From a virus, in the IMG/VR virus record IMGVR_UViG_3300028800_000059, positions 32,001 to 96,000 of that record: 64,000 nucleotides of DNA. One strand, 5' to 3'. This document shows positions 33,641 through 41,703 of this stretch, piece after piece. Within the stretch, counting starts at the first letter, position 1, and every line of letters starts with the position of its first letter. The position numbers were made by a program, and so were the translations under genes. The notes beneath the pieces were generated by a model that was given only the letters and a program-made list of their open reading frames with translations, was not told the DNA's origin and did no database searches.

Positions 33641-34453
33641 TTATGTTTCGGATAACAAATCATCCAGGCTCTTGGCCCAGGCACTTCCTATGCCACACAC
33701 TCGCGTCTGGGCTCCAGGGAATTTCTTATCTAGCGCATTGGCTAGATTTCGGACCTTGGTTTGCATTAAAGGATTTTTTGGATTAGGAAAGGCAACTGAA
33801 ACCAAATTTTTTTCTGGATCATAACGTCCTACGGCAAACCAATTATGGGAATTAAGTTTTTCGGCATGACCTTCTTGCCGTCCATCCGCAACATATTCGG
33901 TATCCAATCTGCCGTTTGGATTCATCAACCAAACCGTAGCTGGCTTTCCTTTTTCATGTCCAATTGATAGATATGGATCATTGGCGAAAGAGAAAGAATA
34001 GGACTCTTCTATAGGTTCTTCGAAGCCTTCTTCATCATAAAATTCATCATCCGAAAGCAAATCATCCAAATCTTCTTGGTCCACTAATTCGCCGTACACA
34101 TCATAATCTCCAATATCATTCATAACCCAACAGAAATATAGGAAAATTGGATCGGGATCGTTTTCATCGTCCATCGCGTTAAATCCGTATTGTGAACAGA
34201 TGAAAATTTTCTCGCCTACTTCTTCATCCATATCAAATACAGCCGGCACACTAATTGCTGCCCATGCCAGACATTTACGAATATATTCTAGGGCTGTATA
34301 AGGAGTAGGAAATGGAGTGTCAGTGGATGCCCAGATGGCACCATTTAATTTTGATCTAACATCCTCGTCGTGGATATCAGGGCTTTTGGCCGAGATATCC
34401 AGGACAGGAATAGAAGCCCAATCTTCTTTGAGCCAATCTTTAAAAAGCTTCAT
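33641..34453 (-). CDS. Putative internal head protein (start reassigned to MKLFKDWLKE)
   Basis: Capsid-targeting-like start; acidic linker ending IEES separates two domains. Confidence 0.6.
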   Translation of the reverse strand: MKLFKDWLKEDWASIPVLDISAKSPDIHDEDVRSKLNGAIWASTDTPFPTPYTALEYIRKCLAWAAISVPAVFDMDEEVGEKIFICSQYGFNAMDDENDPDPIFLYFCWVMNDIGDYDVYGELVDQEDLDDLLSDDEFYDEEGFEEPIEESYSFSFANDPYLSIGHEKGKPATVWLMNPNGRLDTEYVADGRQEGHAEKLNSHNWFAVGRYDPEKNLVSVAFPNPKNPLMQTKVRNLANALDKKFPGAQTRVCGIGSAWAKSLDDLLSET

Positions 34454-34477
34454 AACAAAAATACCAATCTTTCTCAA

Positions 34478-35470
34478 TTACTGAGTGATAATTAGCGCGC
34501 CGGCCCCATTGCTTGTTGCCGTGATGGGTTGGCCAATTGTCAAATTAGCATTTGTTGCGTCAATGGATGCTGTCAACGTCATGCCATTTGCGATGATGGC
34601 TGAGTTGGCTGGTAGAGCCAATAGAACAACTGAGTTTGCATAAGAATTTTCAGTGTTTGCAAGATTGCTAATGAAGATCGTTGTGTTGCTTGACAATGAC
34701 GAGGCGCTGTTGGTGTTGTTGGCACCAGCAGTTACCAGGTTAGCCGATAGATTGACTGAATCGTTTGCCAAACCATTTGCCGTTGGGAACAATCGAGCAA
34801 TAATGTAACTATTTGCAAGATTGGCCAGGATTTGAATTGATAATGTATTGGCAGTGGATGCCAAAACGTTTGCCTGAGTTGCAAGCGATAGAGTAGTTAC
34901 GGTGTTGCTTGTGTTGGCGATAAGAACGGCGGCTACGTTTGCCAATGAATTTCGGACAATAGTTGCTTGGTTGGCTGTGATACCAGCACTGGTCTGGAAT
35001 GTCGTCAATGGAGTTGTTACGTTGGCATTATTTGGTGCTGTGAAATTGAAGAGAACTCGATTGGCTCCAGCCGATAGACCAGCATAGAATGCCTGAATTG
35101 TTGTTAGGTTGATACCATTTACAACAGCCAGAGTAATGTTGGCATTGCCTGGGATCGTGTTGGCCACCAATTGAACATCATAGGTAACCCATAATCCACC
35201 TGTGGCGCCATTTGCCAGAGTTGGAGAAGACCATTCAACAGAGGTTGGAATGGCTGGCGTCATGCTATTGGCAAGACCACCAATTGTTACCAATTCTTCT
35301 TCGTATCCAATAGCCGATCCTACACCAGTCCAGCTTCCGCCGTCCTTGTGTTTGAAAACCCAGCCCCGTTGTGTGGCAAAAGTGTTTGCAAGGTCGCCAT
35401 CTTTGGCTCCAGCGCGGAGATAAGTAGGTTTCTTGACGGTGACGGCGTTATTTGCAGACCATTGTGGCAT
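34478..35470 (-). CDS. Ala-Asn-rich putative virion structural protein
   Basis: MPQWS N-terminus, RGWV...ELVTIGGL; about two dozen AN dipeptides; CATAAATA upstream. Confidence 0.6.
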   Translation of the reverse strand: MPQWSANNAVTVKKPTYLRAGAKDGDLANTFATQRGWVFKHKDGGSWTGVGSAIGYEEELVTIGGLANSMTPAIPTSVEWSSPTLANGATGGLWVTYDVQLVANTIPGNANITLAVVNGINLTTIQAFYAGLSAGANRVLFNFTAPNNANVTTPLTTFQTSAGITANQATIVRNSLANVAAVLIANTSNTVTTLSLATQANVLASTANTLSIQILANLANSYIIARLFPTANGLANDSVNLSANLVTAGANNTNSASSLSSNTTIFISNLANTENSYANSVVLLALPANSAIIANGMTLTASIDATNANLTIGQPITATSNGAGALIITQ

Positions 35471-35506
35471 AGTAGTATTCTCCTAAATTTAAAAGATTTC
35501 TAATTC

Positions 35507-36007
35507 TTATTTATGTTTTCCGAGGCCGAGACTTCTAATCTTGGCAATGGTAGAAACAGCCCCGGTATGTAAAATTCCAATGCCTCCGGCCTCTCTCCAT
35601 TCGTTTATATTTTTCGCAAAATCGTCTATTAGAACATTAGGGCCGCCTGGTGACACGGCATAATGCTTCTTTTCGGATCGAAGAACTAATTTCACTCGAT
35701 TTCTTCTAATACCAAATCTATCGCACCACAGAAGTTTGCCTTTTTTACTGTTCATGGCATCCCAATTTGCATAAGCCGAGAGAACATAAGTATCAAATTG
35801 TTCCAAAAAACTCCAAAGTTTATCGGCACCGGGCATTGGAGGAAGATTTTTCCAAAAATTTTCGTTGTCTAAAATAATAGGACGATATTTGGTTTTATCC
35901 AATCTCCCATCCGGTCCTACTATTTCTGATGTTGGCCGGCCTAATTCCTGAGCAACTCCTTTATTGAAATCTGCTAAAACTCCATCCAAATCGCAATAAA
36001 AAATCAT
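35507..36007 (-). CDS. 5'(3')-deoxyribonucleotidase, HAD superfamily
   Basis: YCDLDGVLADF, VLIDD..KNI.EW..AGGIGILH. Confidence 0.85.
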   Translation of the reverse strand: MIFYCDLDGVLADFNKGVAQELGRPTSEIVGPDGRLDKTKYRPIILDNENFWKNLPPMPGADKLWSFLEQFDTYVLSAYANWDAMNSKKGKLLWCDRFGIRRNRVKLVLRSEKKHYAVSPGGPNVLIDDFAKNINEWREAGGIGILHTGAVSTIAKIRSLGLGKHK

Positions 36008-36010
36008 TCG

Positions 36011-37765
36011 TTAGTTACTTCCTTGTGGATTAGTAATTGGTGAACTTGTAAGGTCTTTTTGAATCTGAGTAGGATTGAAAATCACCTTGTCTTTTTTTGA
36101 GCCTAGAACAAGTTTGTTTCCATCTGAGTCTCGGTTATTCAAATCAGCCTTGGACCCTAGAACTATCTTGGTTGATGCCGAAGGGTCTTTCTTGTCGGGT
36201 TGTTTCTTGTTTCTATCCATGAATGATGGAATTTCTGGCATTTTGCCGCTATCATTAGCTTTTGTGGCGCCGTTGTTATTAGCTTTTCCGGCGTGCTTTG
36301 CCTTTGGATCAATTTCATCATTTCCAGATGTGTCGCCAGGAGCCTTTTTTCCTTTGCCGGCAGCAGGAATATTACCTGCTCCTTTTTTAGAAAGAGGACC
36401 TTTTTTGTTCTTGTCGCGATCTGGCCATGATTCATTCACAGGAGGTTTCTTGGCCCATTCTGGACCTAATTTAGATGGACCATTTGGTTTTGCCCATGGA
36501 TTTTCAACCTTCTTAAAGGCACCTAGAATTTTTTTGATTTTAGCTGCCTTGGCTCTGCCTTCTGGTGTTTCGGATTTGGCGCGAATTGCTGCTAGTTTAT
36601 CGGTTACAGATTCGAAAATTTCTCCGACGCCGTGACAGTAGGCACATTCCTTGCCTTTAATATTTCCTTCGCCTTCACAATCCGGACACATATTTGTTTT
36701 TGGAAATGGATCATGTGGAATCGTGGATGGTGATTTTGGTTTTCTACCAGCAACAAATTGATCATAAGGCAACACTTTAAATTTTGGTTCTGCTTTTGGC
36801 TTTGGATAATGGCGGCCTGTTACGTGATGGACTTCTTTTAATCCCTGTCCACCGCTTGCCAAAGAACTTGGCGCTGGATCGTTTTCAACGGCATCAGAAT
36901 CACCTTCGGCAATTCGTGGCTTGATTTCGCTCTTGGCTGCGCGATAAGCGGCACCGCGACTATCTCCACGACTCATGGCATAAGTTCCGTTCTTATCTAC
37001 TGTCGAAAACGAATGAGTGCCTACTTTATTTTTGCCGACATACTTAATTGTGTTATGAGCCATGTCGTCGGCCTTATCGTTTGTGAAACCAACTTTCTTT
37101 TCTCGTGGAGTTGGATTTGCATCTGATTCTTTTACGTATTTGTCGTCATAATTTTGGCCCATATTGGCCATGTCTTTTTCGTCTTTCTTTTCTTGCTCGG
37201 TAGGTTTATGATTTTTTTGCATTCTCTTGGCACGATGGGCCGCCTTCACAGTATTTACAAATCCTTTAAAGCCTTCCTGGATTTTATCCTGGTCGTCCTC
37301 GCTCATTGGTTCATTAGTGTTTGTTTGTGGATTGCTCAAATCCCCAACATATCCAGTATTTTTCTGAGGTTCTTCCACTATTGTTCGTTCATCCAAGCGC
37401 ACATTCGAGATATGTGTTTCATAGGATTTTGGATGCCCAGTTGGATATTTGTCTGTCTGATGATCGAAATGAACTTTGGTTCCATCGACTTTTGTTACGA
37501 CACCTGGAATTTGTCCACCAAGTTTGGTTCGAATTTTATCTCCAACCTTTGGAATATATTTTCCAGCCGCAACATAGTCGGCATGTTCCGTCAAAGAATG
37601 GCGCTTGGCCATTGCTTCGGCAGAATCTTTGTCTTTGTGTGAATGAACTTTGGTTTCGCCAGAGTGATTGGTCGAAACAAAGCGATGTTGCCCGCCTAGA
37701 TCGCCGGCATATCGGACCGAACCTGAGATATTATATTGTTTCTTTTCCCAGGTGTCTGGGTCCAT
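36011..37765 (-). CDS. Large low-complexity putative head polyprotein with SH3-like and CxxCxGxG zinc-finger modules
   Basis: PKVGDKIR...GVVTKVDG; CPDCEGEG...CAYCHGVG; many I/L/V-x-E sites. Confidence 0.6.
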   Translation of the reverse strand: MDPDTWEKKQYNISGSVRYAGDLGGQHRFVSTNHSGETKVHSHKDKDSAEAMAKRHSLTEHADYVAAGKYIPKVGDKIRTKLGGQIPGVVTKVDGTKVHFDHQTDKYPTGHPKSYETHISNVRLDERTIVEEPQKNTGYVGDLSNPQTNTNEPMSEDDQDKIQEGFKGFVNTVKAAHRAKRMQKNHKPTEQEKKDEKDMANMGQNYDDKYVKESDANPTPREKKVGFTNDKADDMAHNTIKYVGKNKVGTHSFSTVDKNGTYAMSRGDSRGAAYRAAKSEIKPRIAEGDSDAVENDPAPSSLASGGQGLKEVHHVTGRHYPKPKAEPKFKVLPYDQFVAGRKPKSPSTIPHDPFPKTNMCPDCEGEGNIKGKECAYCHGVGEIFESVTDKLAAIRAKSETPEGRAKAAKIKKILGAFKKVENPWAKPNGPSKLGPEWAKKPPVNESWPDRDKNKKGPLSKKGAGNIPAAGKGKKAPGDTSGNDEIDPKAKHAGKANNNGATKANDSGKMPEIPSFMDRNKKQPDKKDPSASTKIVLGSKADLNNRDSDGNKLVLGSKKDKVIFNPTQIQKDLTSSPITNPQGSN

Positions 37766-37797
37766 CTTTGGACCCCAGGCGGCTTCGTCTAGATTAG

Positions 37798-38727
37798 TTA
37801 CTTTTTTTTTAGGTCAAATCCAAGAGCGCCGGCAGCTTCGGCTAATTCAGCCTCGGACATATTCGCAATTTTCTTTGGAGGAAGATTGTCCTTGCCTACA
37901 CCAAACGTTTCGCCTTTGGATGCATCGGCAGTTCCTGCGCCCTGAGTTGCAGTTTCTTTTTCGGTATCTACAACAGACTTGGCAACACCGGAGTCAAAAT
38001 TCTGTCCGCCTTCGGCAGCTTCCTTGTGAAGATTTTTCCACATTGCAGCAGCAGCAACTTTCTTGCCGGCTTCTTTGGAACCATATTCCTTGGCCGCTTT
38101 GTTGGCTACTTTATCGAAATTTCCATGACCAACTTTTTCGCCCTTGTGGGCTTTCTTTTCAACTTCTGATTTTGTTGCCTTAGAAAGACCAGCAGATGGC
38201 TTGGCTTCTGTCAATTCTTCTTCGTTTACCTGACCTGGCGTCTTGACACCGGAAGAACCAGCACCTGCTCCACCACGCCCAAATACTTCGGCCTTGCCGT
38301 TGTGTCCAGCAGCGTCGGAAGTGGTTGGACGTTCCTCTGGCTTTTTCTTGTTGGCACCAAATGGTTCACCATGGGAAGCATCGGCTGTTCCTGGATTTGG
38401 AGACCCAGCCTTTGATTCATCGCCAACTACACTAGCTGCAACTGAGGGATCGAAATTGCGACCACCTTCGGTTGCTTCTGCCATCTTAATGGCATTTTCT
38501 AAGATTGCTTTCTTCCAATTGACGCCGTGACGAGCCTTGAAGCCTGAAACAGATGACTTCAAGCGACCAAGATAAGTTTCGGCCAGTTTATTGCCACCAA
38601 AGGAAGTCTTACCTTCGGCTAGCAAATCAGTCCATTCCTTTTCGGAGGCGATTGCGCCTTCACTTAGGATTTTTTTTGCTATTTCCTGTAGGTCTGGAAA
38701 CGCTGTCAGGTTGTTTGGAGAATGCAT
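37798..38727 (-). CDS. Putative head polyprotein with internal repeat (start reassigned to MHSPNN)
   Basis: AAGGA RBS and GATAAATA upstream; KPSAGLSK...KVAAAAMWKN motif; duplicated EGG.NFD...GTADAS.GE.FG. Confidence 0.6.
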   Translation of the reverse strand: MHSPNNLTAFPDLQEIAKKILSEGAIASEKEWTDLLAEGKTSFGGNKLAETYLGRLKSSVSGFKARHGVNWKKAILENAIKMAEATEGGRNFDPSVAASVVGDESKAGSPNPGTADASHGEPFGANKKKPEERPTTSDAAGHNGKAEVFGRGGAGAGSSGVKTPGQVNEEELTEAKPSAGLSKATKSEVEKKAHKGEKVGHGNFDKVANKAAKEYGSKEAGKKVAAAAMWKNLHKEAAEGGQNFDSGVAKSVVDTEKETATQGAGTADASKGETFGVGKDNLPPKKIANMSEAELAEAAGALGFDLKKK

Positions 38728-40612
38728 CTTGTTTATCCTTGTTTTTGTTTGGAGTTTTCTCAGCAGAGTATTTATCATCCTTGGTCGCCACAAGTTTCGC
38801 TTTCCAATACTTGGCACCAGTGGAAGTCTTTGAAATTCCTGCCGCATCCTCTAATGGACCATCGACAATTTCTATTTGGGATGCTCTGGACAACAGGAAT
38901 TCTTTGTTTTTATCAGCATCATTCGTTGGTTTCTTTTTCTTTTTATCGTCAGTCGGAGCATCATCTTCTTTCATGGCACCAATATAGACGCCTGGTGATC
39001 CTTTGGGAACATCAATCATGAGAATATTCGTGCCACCAAATTCATTGGCAACTTCGTGATCTAACGTAGTTGACAAATAGCCATGAAATACATATTTCTT
39101 ACCGATTTCATATTCACCAGACTTGGTTCCTGTGTAGACACGAAAGGCGATAGGAGTTTCGCATTTGTTGATGGCGCTATCCAATCCACCAATTTTACCA
39201 ACAACCTCTTTGGATTTTTTGTCTTTCATGCCTTTCGTAGATATATCTCCAGAAGCGGCCTTGCTTTGAACAAGATGGTTGTTGATCGAATAATGATCCT
39301 CGGCGGCATAGGATTGAATTGCCTTCAGGTCCTGTGGATCGAGATTTTCACCATAATAAGAAGCCAGAATTCGTGCTGTTGCATCGCTCTTGACCTTTTC
39401 TTTTTTGAGAATGTCTTTTAACGACCCATCCCCTTCGCCAGCCTTGGTTGGAGAATATCCATGTTTCATCAATCGACCAGCCATGGATTTTTCAGATGAT
39501 TTTCCTTTGAATGGAATAAGTTTTTTGTTTTTCTCTACGGCTTTGACTTTGCCATCAAAAGACGACCAACGCCCAAGCCCAGAATATGTCATGCCTTTGG
39601 ACAGAGCCTGTTTTGAAAGATCATCGCCGGCAGGTCTTAGGGCATGAGCAATATCTTCGGTTAATCCTCCGGCGTCCACACTGTCGATTCCGGCCCCTCT
39701 CGATACTTCTTCACCCATAGCTCCGGGTGATCCGGTAACCAAAGCGCCTGCAATTGCCAATCGTCCATCGTTAGATCGAACTCCGGCATTGGGCTGAGTA
39801 TTCGCTTGATTTTCTTGAAAAGGCATGTCAGCCACATAACGTCCGCTCCCTTGTTCTTTATTAGGATCATTTATAGGTGATGTTGTATCTTCGCGGAACT
39901 GAAAGAAAGATTTCTTGGAAACTTCTTCATGTATCATAGCAGCTTTTTGTCGATCAATCCAATTTAATGCTACAGGATTTACCAAAGGCCGATTGACGAA
40001 TTTCATGATCGTTTTAAAAGCACCGAGTAGGTCTTTTTGATGTTGGGTTCTGTCTACGGTGTTGGATGTATCGATTAAATGAAAATTAGGTCCAAACAGG
40101 TATTGATAATTCGTAATGTTCTGATGGGCCTGGATATATTTTTGGGCTCGAATAGTTTCTGGAACCATTCGGCCACCTTTTTGGCCTCGGGAATAATTTC
40201 GTTCCTTGGATGTTTCATCGTCCACATTGACATAGACCATCATCGTGGAATAGCCTAGGCCTTCCAAGGAATTTTTTACTTCGTAGGTATCATCATAATT
40301 AGCCCCGGTTCCATTGAGAATAATTCCAAGGCGCCCGGCGAGTGCCAATTTGGATTTGCTGGCAGTCATGTCCTTGGCGCGATTTCTCATAAGTTGCCGT
40401 AACATCGCCTGGTCGTCCGGCATCGTAAAAGCCATATCATGACTTCTAAGAATGTGTTCAAAGGCAAGGTCCTGATTTATTTCGACCAGACCAAGGCCAG
40501 TAATAGCATTATGAACAACATAGTCTTTACCGCTGCCTGGGCCGCCTGCCATAAACACAGCTTTAAATATACCACGGTCGTGAATTCCCTCTTGTAATAT
40601 ACTTTTGGTCAT
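38660..40612 (-). CDS. Zeta-toxin/AAA_33-like P-loop kinase fused to a VIP2-like ADP-ribosyltransferase domain
   Basis: AGGPGSGK P-loop, R..RGQKGGRMVP; SY....Y.SIN..L, LDSAI, VYTG, GYLSTT, KEFLLSR. Confidence 0.75.
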   Translation of the reverse strand: MTKSILQEGIHDRGIFKAVFMAGGPGSGKDYVVHNAITGLGLVEINQDLAFEHILRSHDMAFTMPDDQAMLRQLMRNRAKDMTASKSKLALAGRLGIILNGTGANYDDTYEVKNSLEGLGYSTMMVYVNVDDETSKERNYSRGQKGGRMVPETIRAQKYIQAHQNITNYQYLFGPNFHLIDTSNTVDRTQHQKDLLGAFKTIMKFVNRPLVNPVALNWIDRQKAAMIHEEVSKKSFFQFREDTTSPINDPNKEQGSGRYVADMPFQENQANTQPNAGVRSNDGRLAIAGALVTGSPGAMGEEVSRGAGIDSVDAGGLTEDIAHALRPAGDDLSKQALSKGMTYSGLGRWSSFDGKVKAVEKNKKLIPFKGKSSEKSMAGRLMKHGYSPTKAGEGDGSLKDILKKEKVKSDATARILASYYGENLDPQDLKAIQSYAAEDHYSINNHLVQSKAASGDISTKGMKDKKSKEVVGKIGGLDSAINKCETPIAFRVYTGTKSGEYEIGKKYVFHGYLSTTLDHEVANEFGGTNILMIDVPKGSPGVYIGAMKEDDAPTDDKKKKKPTNDADKNKEFLLSRASQIEIVDGPLEDAAGISKTSTGAKYWKAKLVATKDDKYSAEKTPNKNKDKQDAFSKQPDSVSRPTGNSKKNPK

Positions 40613-40623
40613 GGTTTCCTTTT

Positions 40624-40662
40624 TATAAATAGGTATGGTCGCGGAATTGCCATTCCCACCAT
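40624..40662 (+). promoter_or_regulatory. Late promoter TATAAATA followed by a nested stem-loop leader
   Basis: TATAAATA at 40624-40631; ATGGT/ACCAT enclosing GGAAT-TGCC-ATTCC. Confidence 0.6.
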
Positions 40663-40688
40663 TCTAGCTTGTAAATCAAGGTCAACAA

Positions 40689-41291
40689 ATGCCAGCACAT
40701 AATATTTATACAATCTATAGAGCGCATTTAACATTAAATCCTACCAAAGGATATGTGGGCTTTGATAAAAATTGGCCAAATCGAAAAAAGAAACACTTAA
40801 ATGCCAAAGATAATTTTTATTTTCATAGAGCCCTTAGAAAATATGGGCCTGATTCTTTTGTTTGGGAAATTCTATACCAGGATGAAGATAAAGATTGGAC
40901 CCTTAATGTCATGGAGGAATATTATATCCGAGAACAAAAGACTCATGTATCTCAAGGAGGATACAATATGACTTGGGGTGGAGAGGCTCCTATGAGTGGA
41001 AGAAATCATTCAGAAAAAACTATAATTAAAATGAAGAAAAAAATTCCTTGGAACAAAGGAAAAACTGGAGTCTACTCAGAGGACATGATTCGAAGAATGA
41101 AAATGTCTATGAAAGGAAAATATTCATGGAAAAAAGGAAAAACGGGAATTTATTTTGAAGAATCTTTAGAAAAAATGCGTTCTATTAAACGAGGAAAACC
41201 AAGTCCCTTTAAAGGAATATGTAGACCCATAAAAGTTATTGAAAAAATGAGAAAGGCGGCATTATTGCCTTATCAATATTGGGGCGCTTAA
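40689..41291 (+). CDS. GIY-YIG homing endonuclease with NUMOD3-like repeats (antisense)
   Basis: YTIY...YVG, R...H, ALRKYG...F.WEIL, E.YYI, GYN.T.GGE, PWNKGK repeats. Confidence 0.88.
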   Translation: MPAHNIYTIYRAHLTLNPTKGYVGFDKNWPNRKKKHLNAKDNFYFHRALRKYGPDSFVWEILYQDEDKDWTLNVMEEYYIREQKTHVSQGGYNMTWGGEAPMSGRNHSEKTIIKMKKKIPWNKGKTGVYSEDMIRRMKMSMKGKYSWKKGKTGIYFEESLEKMRSIKRGKPSPFKGICRPIKVIEKMRKAALLPYQYWGA

Positions 41292-41701
41292 ATAGATTTA
41301 TAAAACACCTTAGGATAGGACTTCATTAAATCAAGTAATTTGAAAATATTAGTTTGAATCATCCACACATCTATTTTGGCGTGAGGATTCATGGACAAGG
41401 CAGCCTGCCAGCGATGATGCCCATCGACCAAATAATGATCGGCCGATACTATACATTTCTTGTTGCTCACAAGCTGAGGCGTAATGGCTCCAACTCGTTT
41501 GTCGTCTACATGTTTTTGAATTGGTTGGATAGAATTAGCCGCAATAGTTTTTTGATCGTAATGAATTCCATTGGATTGCAGATAGGCGAAAAAATCAGGA
41601 AGATCGGAACTTTGGACCTGTGGACATTTGTTTCTAGGAAGTCCTAACCCACCATGAAGCGATTCCACTTTTTCTTGAATAAATGTTTTGAATGATTTCA
41701 T
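41288..41701 (-). CDS. ParB/Srx-like domain protein, putative internal head protein
   Basis: MKSFKTFIQE start; I.P.Q, IVSADHYLVDGHHRW.A. Confidence 0.75.
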   Translation of the reverse strand: MKSFKTFIQEKVESLHGGLGLPRNKCPQVQSSDLPDFFAYLQSNGIHYDQKTIAANSIQPIQKHVDDKRVGAITPQLVSNKKCIVSADHYLVDGHHRWQAALSMNPHAKIDVWMIQTNIFKLLDLMKSYPKVFYKSI

Positions 41702-41703
41702 TG

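Noticed and set aside
38660-38727. Programmed frameshift fusing the kinase-ART gene to the downstream head protein (68-nt overlap)
   Set aside because: The downstream gene has its own RBS and a GATAAATA promoter, and no clear slippery site with a stimulatory structure was seen.
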